Notes under the pieces: model-generated
What the model saw: only the letters and a program-made list of their open reading frames with translations
What the model was told of the DNA's origin: nothing
Databases searched by the model: none
Assembly (NCBI GenBank): GCA_964016885.1
Contig: OZ024743.1
Span: 268,832,001-268,896,000 of the forward strand
Reading direction: 5' to 3'
Length of the DNA: 64,000 nucleotides
Source of the DNA: Eledone cirrhosa
Taxonomy: Eukaryota
Part shown: positions 39,701-53,612 of the stretch, piece by piece
Layout of the letters: each line of letters opens with the position of its first letter
Position numbering within the stretch: the stretch's first letter is position 1
Position numbers and translations under genes: made by a program

Positions 39701-42328
39701 CACCACCGACTTACCTTCTGGGTCCAGGAAGATGGTCCGTATGGCGAGACCCAAGCCTTTTCGAAACAACACAGCCACTCCCCCTCCCTCGCTCCCAGAC
39801 GGCTCGGAGATGCGTACACCTCGTAACCGTCGAAGATCCATGCAAAAGCTTGATTTTCGGAAATTCTCGTCTCGTTGATGGCCACCACATCTATGTTTAG
39901 TGACCTGAGGTCGTTGAACAAGTGTCCCTGCTTCCAAACCGAGCTCAAGCCACGCACGTTTACATTTCCGATCCTGAATACGGCCATGTTGGGTGAGGAA
40001 CGGGGCAAATGAGAAAGGATCACTTACCTTGATCGTCTGGTGAAGAGACCGTTGTACCGTCCCTTCGGCTGGTCGTGGGCTCTTCTATGAGTATGTCCGA
40101 ATATACTCTCCGGTTGAGAGTCCCTCCTAGGTCTCTGAAATCACCAACTGCGTTGGGGAATTTCGTTTTAATGTTTGTGTATTGTTTCTGTGCTATTCTT
40201 ACTAGTCTTATGTTCGTTGGTGTTTTGATTGGTGCTGGTATTATGTAGTCGTGCTGTGAAATGTCTGTGTTCAATTATGTAAGTCATTAGTTTCTTGTGT
40301 GTATTTATTGCGGTGCATTTGTTTTTCTGGGGGTGGGGTGGGGTTCTGCTATTTTCTTGTCGTTGTTGCTGGGTGTGTGTGTTTTGTTGTTGTGTTTGCG
40401 ATGTTGGTGCTTGTGGTGGTGGTGTTGAAGGTGTTGTTGTTGTTGGCGGTGTGGTTGTCGCCGATGGTGATGGTGGTGCTAGTGTGGGTGGTGATGGTGT
40501 TGGTGGTGTTGCTGCTGTGAGTCTCTTTTCAGTAGCCTTTATCCTTTTTTCATTTCTTTCCTCCCTTTTCGAAGGCGACGATGCGCTGCTTCTGCGTTTG
40601 TGCCTTCTTGCGACCTTTTGCCATCCCTCTCCCACTTCACACTCCATGTCTGATTCTGTGAGGTCGGGGAGGGGTATCAGCTCCACTCTTTCACTTGTTG
40701 TTGTTGGTGATGTTTGCAGTGGAGTCTCTGTTGGAGCTGCAGTTGGTATTACTGTTGTTGTTGTTAATACTTTCACTGCTGCTGCTGTTCTTGATTTCCG
40801 TGGCGTGGGTATGGGTGCCACGGACCTATCGTTCCTGGTTGCCGCTTATCCTGTTGCTGGTAGCAGTGGAGCTGGTTTGGGAAGGAGGAGGGTTTTCTCC
40901 TTTCTCAGGGTCTTCTCGTTGCAGAAGGCCCTGAGGTGAGTCTTCGATCCACAGCGAAAGCATTTCGGGCGTTTGCCCTCAACACCTATGGGCAGTTGAG
41001 TGACGTTATCGAAGTCTATCACATCCGGGATAGCTTCGATGCACTCCTGGTTGGTTTGGATTAACATCTCAATGGAGGTGCCGACCCAATCTTCTCTTAC
41101 TCTTTTCTGTACTTGCAGTACAGTTGTTTTGTCCTCGATTCCGACGAGGACAGACGCGGCCAGCCAAGAAGGGGCCATCCCGAGGGGGGGGGGGGGGGGG
41201 GTCGTCAGTTTGACCCTCACAATTTTATGCCCGCAGTAGGAGGGCACCAACACCATTTCCTCGTTCCTTAGGGTCACTAAGGATTGAGCCTTTGCCTCCT
41301 GGGGTGTGGCAAAAAGCACGTCTACGGTGGCATATTTCTTGCCTCGGGTGATATGCGTTTTCCGCTGCCACACAGACCCTAAGGCTTTTTGTATTTGAGC
41401 CTCTGTGGCTCTTTCAACCCTACGTGATTTTGTGCTTACGGTACGGTACGTGACCGTACAGTGCTGTTGGGTTTCTAAAAAATGTTCGGCTGCCTTGCAG
41501 ATTGCTCGGTGTCCGGTTTTCGTCATCATCTTCTTCGCTTCCTGTAATTCCTCATTTGTTATGAGGATGGTTTCCAGGTTCTTTGCGATACCTGCAAATG
41601 AGATTGGTTTTTCTTTGCTGCTGTTGTTGTTGTTGTTGTTGTTGTCGTCAGAGCTGCTGTTACTTTTGTTGTTGCTGCAGGTACTACGACTACTGCCGCC
41701 GCCTCTGTTGCTGTGGTTGTTGTTGTTGTTGCTGCTGCTGCTGCTGTTGTTGCTGTTGCTGCTAATGCTGTTGTTGTTTATGCTGCTGCTGATGCTGTTG
41801 CGGCTGCTACTGTTGTTCCTTGTCACTGTTGCTGCTGCTGCTGTTATTACGGCTGCTACTGCTATTATTCATGACGTCAGACGAATGAAATGGGTTTTCG
41901 TATTTACCGCACACCTTTTTCGTCGTTGTCGTCGTCGTGGAGAAATGTTCCATGCTTTGCACGTGATTTTGGAAGCTATTTTTCTTTACTGACGTCGCTT
42001 GCGAAAGAGAAGGGAGGGAGAGAGACAATCTTCTCTCTGCTGTAGTGACGATTGAGGAAGAAGAAGACGGAATGAGTGGGAGTGACTTGTGAAAATTCTT
42101 TTTCGTAGCCATGTTTTTTTTTTGGTTTAAAATAAATATTGGGCACAAAACCCCAATAAGCGGTTATTTAATCCCGAAGGGCCAAATAACGGGCAGAAAG
42201 ATCCTTCTCACTAGGAGGAGGGTGTTTTTGTCTACAATTTGGTTAAAGTTTTAAACAATTTACAATTGTTATAGCGGTCAAAATTTACAATACCTTACAG
42301 AGCCGAGCCTCCGTCAACCATGGCATTC
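36794..42328 (-). mobile_element. Tx1-like retrotransposon copy 2, inactivated, with ~460-bp deletion across the RT catalytic motif
   Basis: ORF1 42112-40020 (CFRCGSKTHLRAFC), ORF2 from 39987; (AAT)n at 36732-36793 and 42329-42354. Confidence 0.92.
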
Positions 42329-42429
42329 AATAATAATAATAATAATAATAATAACACAAATATTAATGGTTTCTAATTTAGGTACAAAACCAATAACTTG
42401 GAAAGAAGGAAAAGAAAACTGCCTGCCCT

Positions 42430-42657
42430 TCTCAGCCAAAAGGCTGCGGGGCGATCTTCACGATGGACTCGCTTGATAGCCGGATCTGTCTTATATACGA
42501 TAGTAGCTGTTCGACAAAATTTCACAAGTCAGTAATGCTCGGACACTACAGTAATGCACAGACACGAATGCGTGCAGGGCGGTTTCATCAATCTGTGCGC
42601 AGGTCCATCTGACTGCACTTTCGTGTCTGTAGAGTTTATCTCGAACTGCCAATGCTA

Positions 42658-42688
<31 letters not shown>

Positions 42689-42815
42689 ACCATCCGTAGC
42701 ACTGCCAAGCCAAGGATTTCTTGAAGTTATCCATATGACCCATATCGAAAGTACTCCAGAACAGATTGGTTAGTTCGTTTTCGTCGATGCCTTGAGTTTC
42801 CCCGAGAACGTCCTC
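42430..42815 (-). mobile_element. Old Tx1-family 3' fragment
   Basis: ALAVRDKLYRHESAVRWTCAQIDETALHAFV and MDNFKKSLAWQCY equivalents. Confidence 0.8.
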
Positions 42816-43439
42816 TGGGGAACACTAATGTGAAATTTCCACTGTAGTCCAGCATTGGGATGCCATATATAGCAGTAATAATGGATATATGAACAATCGA
42901 TCAAGCAAACTAAGAAATTCACCCTGTGATAGATTTATGGTTTACATAAGAGAAACCCCATAATTTATCTTGATTATTGACACATGGAAGTGATTAATGA
43001 TAAAAATGATAATTTATTTCTAGAATATAATTACATAAATATTCAGCATGTACTGTATGTACAAATGTCATATAGAATTACATGTATGAGTTTGAAGAAA
43101 TGACTATTTACATGGAGTAACATAAAGTTAGGAACCTGGACCTTGTGGCTGGAAAGTGACCTTCTTATTGTAGTAACTGGTATAGGAAATGCATTGTGTG
43201 TATGAGTGTGTATAATTGTGAGTGTAAATTTTGAAGAGTTACAGATGGAGATGTATATAAATATATAAACATACGTGGAAATTATTATGGTTGACATTTT
43301 ACTGAAACAAAATACCGTAGGGGCGTAAAATGAGGTCAATTTACGGGACAATAACAAAACAGCAGAGTAGTTTCTAATAGATGATGATGATGATGATGAT
43401 GATGATTATGATGGCGATGATGGTGGTGATGATGATGGT

Positions 43440-44095
43440 TCCTCCGTCGGTTTTGATGATGAACATTCAGTCATTCACTTTGGTGCCTGTTCATGAATTA
43501 ATGAGTAAGTGGTTGAGTATTCCCCGGACATCTGCCCTCATAATGTAATTCTCATGCAGAATCAACATAACATATAAGGTAAGGTGGTCATTTGAATTAC
43601 GGGCACAAACAATCTAAAGGGATTCTACACAGTTTCACTCAAAAGGCTTGTTTCGACCCGAAGTTATGGTAAAAGATGCTTGCCAAAGATATCACGAGGT
43701 ATCGAAACTGGGATCTCATGATTGCGAGGTGAACAGCCATGCTAGTGTCCAAGACTATTAATACAAACGGCACACTATGGAGCAATACAGTAAGTATATT
43801 TATTACACATGCAGTGCTCATAATGCCATGAGTTCGATTCCCGACGGCACGTTGTGTCGTTGGAGAAGACATTTTATTCACGTTGCTTCAGTCCACTTAA
43901 CTGGTAAAAATGAATTGTATCTGTGATTCAAAAGACCTGCCTTGTCATACTTGTGCCACACTGAATCTCCCTGAGAACTATATTAAGGGTATATGTGTCT
44001 GTGGAATGTACAGTCATTTTCACGTTAATTGCACCAGCAGGCTGTTCTGTTGTTCGATAAGCTGGAATACTCGTTGTCGATAACAACGAAGGTAC
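43440..44095. mobile_element. Two copies of a second SINE family (B), head to head (43440-43745 minus, 43820-44095 plus)
   Basis: GAGTTCGATTCCC B box; shared CTGAATCTCCCTGAGAACTA...AAGGG...TGTCTGTGGA; related copy at 46640-46860. Confidence 0.6.
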
Positions 44096-45127
44096 ATTAC
44101 AAGGGTTGATTGTATTCAGCGATCTCATACCACCTGTAAACAATCTATCAGAACACAAACCATAACAACACCAGGCTGATCCGTCCTCCACAACCATTAC
44201 ACACAAAAATGCCAAATATTTCAAATAGAAACGGTTTTCTCCATCCAGGGTCATTAACAGGTCAGTGTGTTTTTTGAATTTGATGCATAAAAAATAAGAA
44301 ACTTTTTGCGTGCAAAAAATTAGAAACGTATAAACCGGTGTCCGACGAAAACGATGACAATCTAGGCCGGTTTTTACTTCTGAATCCTAGCAAATAAAAG
44401 ATTAAAGGCATGAATGTACACGAGTAGAATATATCTATCTGTATATTTCACAGTTTCACTTTACCTCTGCACCCCTACAAAAAAAAAAAACACAACACAA
44501 TATATCCACATAAAATTTAGAAGGGAAATGGCCCAAAACTGAATGTAACGTTGAACTATAAAAAATGATCTAATTTAAGAAGTTAGATCCTAAACACGAA
44601 AAACAAAGAAAGAATACAACACAGAACAACATTTAATGAACACAAAACAACTACCAAAAATATAGATACTGTTAAAGTAAATCCCGAGGATAGAACTGAC
44701 ACGAGTACAACAAACACACTAAACAACGACACACGACAGATTGAAATGCTGGAACACCTATAGAATACTAATCAACAAAAACCAAACCAGAAAACAAACA
44801 AAAGTATAAACAAAAGGAGACATAAGAACATTTAGAAATAGAGAACACTAAAGGAGGAAATTATGACTAAAGATAATGTATAGGAAAATAATTCAAGGAT
44901 TAAATATAATACATTTTCCTACGCAACAAAGAAACTACTTGGATGATGAAATAACAACAAGAATTAAAAAATAAAATTAACAAAACCCTCTGCTAAACTC
45001 GCCATCATAAAACTAACTAAAACAGATACAAACATCAATATCATATGGCTAAATTATATAAAATATGAGCAGCCATTTATTTCACTTACGAACATTAGTG
45101 AGAGTATGTGAGTGTGTATTCGAGTAT

Positions 45128-45226
<99 letters not shown>

Positions 45227-45550
45227 CCAAACTATTATAAAGTCCTTGTGTAAATTTAGTCCTATATACAAGCGAACGATTCTGTAAAGAATATTCAGAA
45301 GCCTGGTGCATTTTATTGTCGCCAAAGAAAAAGATTATTATATTTGTTTATTAATTAAAAATAAAAAAAATTAATAATTACTTCAACATTATTTTATGAC
45401 GATATTTAAAATCTGCTGTTTATTCAATTAAACCATATTTTACAGCTGCCTTGCAGGCTAGGGTAATTAATGTAGTTCAGAGTATAACTAAAAATCGTCT
45501 GCAGAACGACAAACATACGCACACATACACACACATACACACACACATCA

Positions 45551-45595
<45 letters not shown>

Positions 45596-45629
45596 GCACA
45601 TCACAACACACACACACTCACACACATGC

Positions 45630-45674
<45 letters not shown>

Positions 45675-45706
45675 CACACACTCACGCTCACGCACACACA
45701 CACACA

Positions 45707-45766
<60 letters not shown>

Positions 45767-45842
45767 TATATGCATATATTACTCTAAAATTAATCACGAA
45801 AATGTATTGCCCTTATGAGCTCTTCATGGTGATATATGTATC

Positions 45843-46053
45843 ATATATTTCACATAGAAATAACTTCTACAGGGTTAAAACTATTTCATTCATTTGAAAT
45901 CATCTGAAAAGTCAAATGATTTTGGTCTATTTGAGTATTTCTTTTTCTTGATATGTAACTACCGTAACAATCGAAGATTATTTGAAGTCCGCGTGATTTC
46001 AAACGAACGGAACAGTTTTAGTCCCGTAGAGGTTATTTTTATATGAAATAAAT
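45843..46053. repeat. Diverged fold-back with degenerate hammerhead 3' half
   Basis: 45843-45902 is approximately the reverse complement of 45995-46053; GGAACAGTTTTAGTCCCGTAG resembles GAAACAGTTCTAGTCCTGTAG. Confidence 0.6.
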
Positions 46054-46140
46054 CATGTACATTCTCTACTTCATGTATTCAGTACCTTATTGAACTGTTC
46101 TCTCTTTCCGGTTCTTTTCGGAAAATCATTCTTAATCATA

Positions 46141-46196
<56 letters not shown>

Positions 46197-46272
46197 TAAG
46201 TTATTCCGGGTTGAATCGGAGGTAACCACAGTAAGTAAGGTACTCAATACATAGCAGAGTATAAAAGTTTTA

Positions 46273-46350
46273 ATATAGATGAGATTCTACAGGACTAGAA
46301 CTGTTTCTAAAGAATGAAACAGTTCTAGTCCTGTAGAATCTCATCTATAT
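46273..46350. repeat. Perfect 35-bp-arm hairpin made of two hammerhead 3' halves
   Basis: ATATAGATGAGATTCTACAGGACTAGAACTGTTTC / TAAAGAAT / GAAACAGTTCTAGTCCTGTAGAATCTCATCTATAT. Confidence 0.9.
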
Positions 46351-46442
46351 ATATATTTATATATATATATATATATAATAGTAGAACACTGGATGGTTAT
46401 ATCCGTAGTAGTAGAGCACTCAGTCCATAGGACCAGTTTGGT

Positions 46443-46562
46443 AGAAGTAGTTCCACAACAGTTAGTTCGCCATACCGAGAACAAATCACCTTATGCGGAT
46501 CCTCAGCTCGGAAGGTGAAACACTTGTTCTCGGTATGGCGAACTAACTGTTGTGGAACTACT

Positions 46563-46565
<3 letters not shown>
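46443..46565. ncRNA. Fold-back with a damaged minus-strand hammerhead (46475-46511) and a plus-strand 3' half (46512-46533)
   Basis: Minus: CCGAG-CTGAGGA-TCCGCATAAGGT-GA[deletion]TTGTT-CTCGG; plus: AAGGT-GAAA-CACTTG-TT-CTCGG. Confidence 0.65.
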
Positions 46566-46600
<35 letters not shown>

Positions 46601-46639
46601 CATGTGCGCGTGTGTGTGTGTGTGTGTGTGTGTTCAACG

Positions 46640-46860
46640 GAATATCCTGCTGGTGAAATTAACATGCAAGTGGCTGAGCAGTCCACAGACCCATGTCCCC
46701 TTAACGCACTTCTCGAGGAGATTCAGCATGACACAAAATATGACTGGCTGGCCTTCCAATTACAGAACAACTGAGTTTTGCCAGCAATTTGAAATAAAGT
46801 GTGGTGCTCAGTCGGAACTCGAACTTACGACCTTAAGTATGAGTCAAATACCTTAACCAC
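46640..46860 (-). mobile_element. Family B SINE
   Basis: Minus-strand GTAAGTTCGAGTTCC B box; TGAATCTCCTCGAGAAGTGCGTTAAGGGG body. Confidence 0.6.
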
Positions 46861-46956
46861 TATCTATCTTATCTATCTATCTACCCCCCTCTCTCACTCT
46901 CTGTGTATACATATACATATAGATACATGTATATATATACACACACACACACACAC

Positions 46957-47032
<76 letters not shown>

Positions 47033-47258
47033 TATATATATATAATATATATATATATGTATATAATATATATATATGTATATATATATATATACATTTA
47101 TATATATTGTTATACTTTGGGAGGGTCATGTTGCCAATAAGAAACACACGCACCAGTTGATTTCACTTAATTTATTATAAATTAAATTTATAAATTTAGG
47201 AATTTATAAATTTCCGGTTGGTTGGTTGGTTCCACAACCAGACAATTGTTCATATATT

Positions 47259-47301
47259 GTCAAAGTTCTTTCATCACACATTCTGTGACCTCTTCAGTGA
47301 C
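47259..47301 (-). ncRNA. Minimal type I hammerhead ribozyme (left arm)
   Basis: Minus: GTCA-CTGAAGA-GGTCACA/GAATG/TGTGAT-GAAA-GAACTT-TGAC. Confidence 0.75.
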
Positions 47302-47755
47302 TAGGGATTATTTTCTTTGTTTTTGTGCCTCTCCTTTGTTCTGTCCTAGGCCATCTTGTTTTTGTGTGTGTTGTGTGCTTAGTTTGCGCATGTGTTACAT
47401 CCGGGTGTCTGTGTGTGTTTATATTTGTTTATTTATTTATTTGTTTATTTACATGTTACTGGTTGGTTGTTTGTTCTATGTGTGTGTGTGTTTTCATTTT
47501 GTCCTTAATTGTAAGTTGTGATGTTGCTGTTCCATTCATGTTTTCTATTTAATTTTGGTTGGAGTTGGAGTTCATTTATGAAACAAACAACCAACCAATA
47601 ACATGTAAATAAACAAATAAATAAATAAACAAATATAAACACACACAGACACCCGGATGTAACACATGCGCAAACTAAGCACACAACACACACAAAAACA
47701 AGATGGCGTAGGACAGAACAAAGGAGAGGCACAAAAACAAAGAAAATAATCCCCA

Positions 47756-47798
47756 GTCACTGAAGAGGTCACAGAATGTGTGACGAAAGAACTTTGAC
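47756..47798 (+). ncRNA. Minimal type I hammerhead ribozyme (right arm)
   Basis: GTCA-CTGAAGA-GGTCACA/GAATG/TGTGAC-GAAA-GAACTT-TGAC; CUU triplet. Confidence 0.78.
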
Positions 47799-48012
47799 AA
47801 TATATGAACAATCGTCTGGTTGTGGAACCAACCAACCAACCGAAAATTTATAAATTCCTAAATTTATAAATTTAATTTATAATAAATTAAAGTGAAAGCA
47901 ACTGGTGCGTGTGTTTCTTATTGGCAACATGACCCTCCCAATGTATAACAATATCGGTTTCAACACACGTTTTCAGATAAAGAATCTTGCTAAACAAATT
48001 CATAAACGAAAC

Positions 48013-48172
<160 letters not shown>

Positions 48173-48829
48173 ATATATATATTATACATATATATGTATG
48201 TGTGTGTGTGTGCGTGTGTATGTATATACAACCTAACGTAATAAGAATACACATAGGGAGAGATTTGTAGGAATAATTGCAAGAGTGAACAAAGAGAGTT
48301 GGGGTGATAGAGACTGACAAGAAAAGAGCGTGATAAGTCGTAAGGGTGGAATAGAAGAATGACGGAAAGAGAATGATAGATAGATAGAGATAGAGAGAAA
48401 GAGAGAGAGTGAGAGAGACTGAGAAAAGGGTGGGGAGGGTGAGTGGATGGGAGGGAGAGTTTGTAGCAGGGAATCAAAGAAATAGAGAGAGAGAGATAGA
48501 AATAGAAAGCAAAAGTGAGTGAAATTATTACAATCTATCAAAACAACGGAGATGGTGGCGAGGACAAACATATACACATGCACACACAGATACACACATA
48601 CACATATGCACATTACATTTGGCCGGAAGCAGTTGTAGTACATTAGTCCGTCAGATATCAGCTCTTTTTTGCTTCTTGGCCGCCATCTTAGTTACTTTAA
48701 CTTACCTTTTAGCGGCGGTGCTATACTTAAAGTTGTTCCAACTTAAAAGCTCCAAGCATGATTTTAAGGGAACTTGATTTAGATTCACTTTCGCTCGCTT
48801 CCCGCCTTCCTTCCGTCCGTCCTTCCTGC

Positions 48830-49089
48830 ATTCTTCTTCTTCTTCTTCTTCTTCTTCTTCTTCTTCTTCTTCGATTCTGTTTTTGCTTTGTTTTATATGT
48901 CTTCTGGTTCTGTTTTACTATTTTTTTCTTATATAATTCATTTTATTTTATTTTTTATTTTGTTATCCATCCTTTCCATTTTCCTTCTGAGTGTTTTCTC
49001 GTGCGCCATTTTGGTTTTCGTTCTTTCCTTGTTTTTTTTTTATTCTTTGTCGTTATTCTCCGTCTATTCTCATTTCTTTCTTTCGTTTT

Positions 49090-49121
<32 letters not shown>

Positions 49122-49444
49122 TTCTTCTGCTGCTGTTGCTGATGTTACTGCTACTGTTGCTGGTGCTTCGTTTTCTTCGTTATTTGCCTCCCCACCATTA
49201 TTATTAACGTCGCCATCATCATCATCTCCACCACCATCATCATCATCACCATCATCATCAGCATCACCATCATCACCATCATCATCTTCCCCCTCATCAT
49301 CACCATCATCATCACCATCACCATTATGATTATCATCATCATCATCATCATCATTATCATCATCATTATCCTCATCACCATTGTCGTTGTCGTTATCATC
49401 ATCCTCATCACCATTTTCATCACCATCAACACCACCATCATCAC

Positions 49445-49485
<41 letters not shown>

Positions 49486-49957
49486 CCACCATCATCATCA
49501 TCATCATCCTCATCCTCATCACCATCGTCGTTGTCGTTACCATCACCATCATCATCATCACCACCATCATCATCACCATCACCATCATCATCCCCACCAT
49601 CATCATCACCATCATCATCCCCACCATCATCATCATCTCCACCATCATTACCATCATTCTTAGTATTCTTAGCTATTGTTATTTTTTCCGGTCTATTTTT
49701 CCGTATTTAATACCCCCTATCCCCCGGGCCCCCTTCCTTTTTCGTTGCATTTCGCCTCCAGTCAACAACACTGTAAGAATGGTCGATAAAGAGATAACTC
49801 CCGTCGTCTGCTAGTTAATGGCCACCAGTGAAATCGCAGACGATAAAGACACCTCGTTTTCTAAACTGAATATCGACAGCTCTTCTTGGATTCTCCTCTT
49901 CCTTTTATTCCATTCTGCTCCTCCAATCTGATTTGTATTTTATTATTTTCTTAATTT

Positions 49958-50017
<60 letters not shown>

Positions 50018-50299
50018 ACATTTGTCTCTCTCTCTTTCTATCTATCTATCTCTGTTTATCTATCTATCTACCTATCCCCCCTCTCTCTCTCTTAACCACT
50101 TTCTCTATGTTTCTGTATATATATATATATATATATGTCTCTCGCTTTCTATTTCTCTTTGTCAGCTTTCTCTTTCTCTCTCTCTCTATCTATCAATCTA
50201 TCTGTCTCTCCCCCTCTCTCTCTAACGTTTATCCCTCTTTCACTCAAACACTCTCCTTCGATTTCCCAATCTTTCGCAAACTCTCGCTCTCCACCTCCA

Positions 50300-50334
<35 letters not shown>

Positions 50335-50536
50335 ATATCTCATACTTTATTTCTATCTCTCCTTCACTTTTACTCTCTCTCACTCTCTTTCATACCCACA
50401 ATTTTCACCCTTTTTCAAGCTCTTTCACATATGCGTGTATACACATATACATTGCATACATACATACATACATACACACACACACATGTATAAATATATA
50501 TATATATACACATATATATATATATATATATATATT

Positions 50537-50583
<47 letters not shown>

Positions 50584-50906
50584 GTATATATATATGTATA
50601 TATATACACATACACACATAAACCACCTCACGCGCGCGCAAACATACACACATATATATGTATATATGATATATATATATATATATATACATATATATAT
50701 GTGTGTGTGTGGGGGGGGGGGGGTCCGTGTATTTATTTATAAACGCACACGTATAAACCCGCCCAGATACACACATACATTCATATATATATATACTTAC
50801 ACGCAAACATATATATATACATTTACACACATACACAAACATACATATGCATACATACACACACACACACACACACATGCATACCTACACACACACACAC
50901 ATACCT

Positions 50907-50966
<60 letters not shown>

Positions 50967-51576
50967 TCATACATATACATACCGACTGACACATACTCAA
51001 ACACACCAATGTTTTATGACAAATTTTAAAATATGTTTCGAACGAAAAGAAATTCAATGGAGTCGAACCTCCATTTTTTTTTCTTTCTTTGCTTTCTCTT
51101 TTCTTTTTGGGACCAGTTTTGTTTGTTTTTGTTTTCCTTTAACTTTCTACATTTGTCATCCATTTTCTCTCTCCTGTTCCTTGGTTATTTATTTATTTGT
51201 TTAGTATTTATTTTATTTTAAATTTGTGTATTCTTCTTCTTCTTCTTCTTCTTCTTCTTCTTCTTCTTGGTTTGTTTGTTTGTTTTTTAACATTCTTTAT
51301 TTTTTCATTCCAATCCTCTCCATCACTTCCTTCCTCCTTCGATCTCTCCTTAATCTCTTACTCCTTCCATTCCTCCTTCTCAATCCTCCTTTATCATCCC
51401 CGAACTCCTCCACTCCCTCTCTCTCCCTCCTTACACCACCTCCTCCTCTTGTTGTATGTCTCCTCTTCCTTCTACCCTCATCTCACTTCACTAGAAACAA
51501 TATATATAATTCCAGACAAACACCAAACTAACTGTTGGATTACTTCTGTCTTTCTATATAATTATTTTATATATAT

Positions 51577-51623
<47 letters not shown>

Positions 51624-52010
51624 GGTTTTGTTATTCCTACCTGTTTAATCATTAATCTTTACTGCTGTTGCTGCTGCTGCTGCTGTTGTTGTTACTATTT
51701 TTGTTGTCGCCATCATCATCATTGTTTTAACCATCAATCTTTTTTTTTTTTCGTTATTGATGTTGTTATCACACTCCTCCTCCTCCCCTCATCATCATCA
51801 TCACCATCATCATCACCACCACCACCACCATCATCATTACTATTATCATCATCATCACCACCACCATCATCATCATCTTCGTCATCATCATAGCCGTTGT
51901 TGTTGTTGCTGCTCATTTCGCTGTTCCCTTTGTCATCACCCCCATTTCTATTGTTATTAATATTCATCGTTGTTGTTGTTGTTGTTGCTGTTGTTGTTCT
52001 TCTTCTTCTT
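48830..52010. repeat. Compound microsatellite region (CTT, CAT, CT, CTAT, TA, CA, GTT)
   Basis: Direct inspection. Confidence 0.9.
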
Positions 52011-52129
52011 TAGAAAAGAAAGCTGGCGGTGGAGATGGCTCTCCTCCAGTGACTCCTTTGAAACGTTTTTTATCTGTGGCAAAAATGGCGAGAAAGAATG
52101 GTTCTATTAGTTCTATACTCAACATGTAG

Positions 52130-52390
52130 GTCGGGTTCGGATAATTGGCTGAAGGCACTCGCTTTTATAGGCCAGCGTGACAGTAGTTTTGTGAGGTTCT
52201 TCGATTGTCCCTATTGTTGAGGGTCTCCTGTATTAAAGAAGGACTGCTTCATCATTTGTACTATATATATATATATATATACGCTTCAATCTTATCGTCT
52301 ATTTTTTTTTTCTCATCCGATCTTTACGTGAACCCGAAAACCCCACGTGATCCGGCTCGGTAATGTCCCTTTCACCCAACGCCCGCGTGA
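52130..52390 (-). promoter_or_regulatory. Possible minus-strand Pol II promoter
   Basis: CCTATAAAAGC on the minus strand (TATAAAA at 52169-52163), E-box CACGTG at 52344, locally CpG-rich non-repeat sequence. Confidence 0.3.
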
Positions 52391-53612
52391 TAAACAAAAG
52401 AAAATATTCTCGTTATTGTTGATGTTGTTGTTATGATTACTAAGTATTTTACAATTATTATTGTTATTATTATATACACTAGCAGCAAAACCACCCGAAG
52501 CAGTCCTTCTTTAATACAGTCGACATCTTGTCCCGATCGTCTTCTCCATCTTCGTCTGGTGTTGCGGGACCAGAAGTGCATTCTTGGAGGAGACCTGCAG
52601 CTGCATCGGCCAATTCTTCTTGCAATGGTCATTCTGACGGAGCAGAACTGCTCAGCCAACCAACCCCAACCAGAACCAACCGCTCAGGGGCAACGCACAA
52701 TGAGAGCATGACAATTATTATGCACTAATCAAGAAGATACTGGGGAAACGAATAAAAAAATGTTGCCACTAATATTATTGTAAAATTTTTATTTCTTGTC
52801 CAATTCTTTAAAGTTTTATCTTAGTTTCTTGTCCTATTCTTTTAAAGTTTTATTTTAGTTTCTTGTCCTGTATTTTTAAAGGTATATATTCCAACAATAT
52901 TACTTTTTTTTGCTGTACGCATTTTTCTATCTGGTCTACTATTTTTTAAGGCAATGCAAGCAACAACTATCTAATAATTAAATGATCATAGTGAATCGGT
53001 CTGACAAAGGTGTCAGTCAGACAGACAGTCAGACAGTGTCACAGTCGGTGCGACAAAGCGATCGATGCGATTAAAAAAAATTTAACTCACATGTTTACCT
53101 ATATTTTCTCAAACTATTGATAGATTGGTACAAAAAATAGCTTTGATAATAAACATAAATTTTTAACGAAGTATTTAAAAAGCATTTTAGCAGTGAAAAG
53201 TGAAGTAATGTTTCACACTGACGCAAGTAGGGCCGTTCAGAAATGACGTAGTCAATTAGGAGGAGGGGATTCGGCGATTTGACTACATTTGACTAACGTA
53301 ATCACAATCACAAGAGTTCCGCCGAAAAAAATGCGTCATTTCTGGATTACCTCCCCTAGCGTCACGCTTACTACTCACTCACTTGAACACAAGATTTATC
53401 AGCAAACTTTGATTATAAACTTTTTCCCGCTGGACCAAATTTCTAGATTTTTAAGCCAAAAGATGCGTAATGATCTACTGTTCATGCTCATATAAGTTTT
53501 ATCTCAGTTAAATAAAGTAGAGCCGCGCTGTACTGTCGTAAACAGACGATTGCCAACGAAAACACGACCACAACAATATTACTAAACGGACTACCGTCCG
53601 TTTAGGATTATT

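Larger units (their letters stand above)
47101..47954. repeat. Large palindrome (~370-bp arms, ~105-bp spacer) between (TA)n tracts, hammerhead in each arm
   Basis: 47101-47475 is the reverse complement of ~47582-47954; also visible as mirrored ORFs 47222+ and 47835-. Confidence 0.95.

Noticed and set aside
44500-45050. A-rich stretch possibly from the N-terminal part of a LINE
   Set aside because: No diagnostic motif recoverable.
53231-53357. Possible Harbinger-like MITE (GGGCCGTTCAGAAATGACG ... CGTCATTTCTGGA)
   Set aside because: The inverted match is short and the ends and target-site duplication are unclear.
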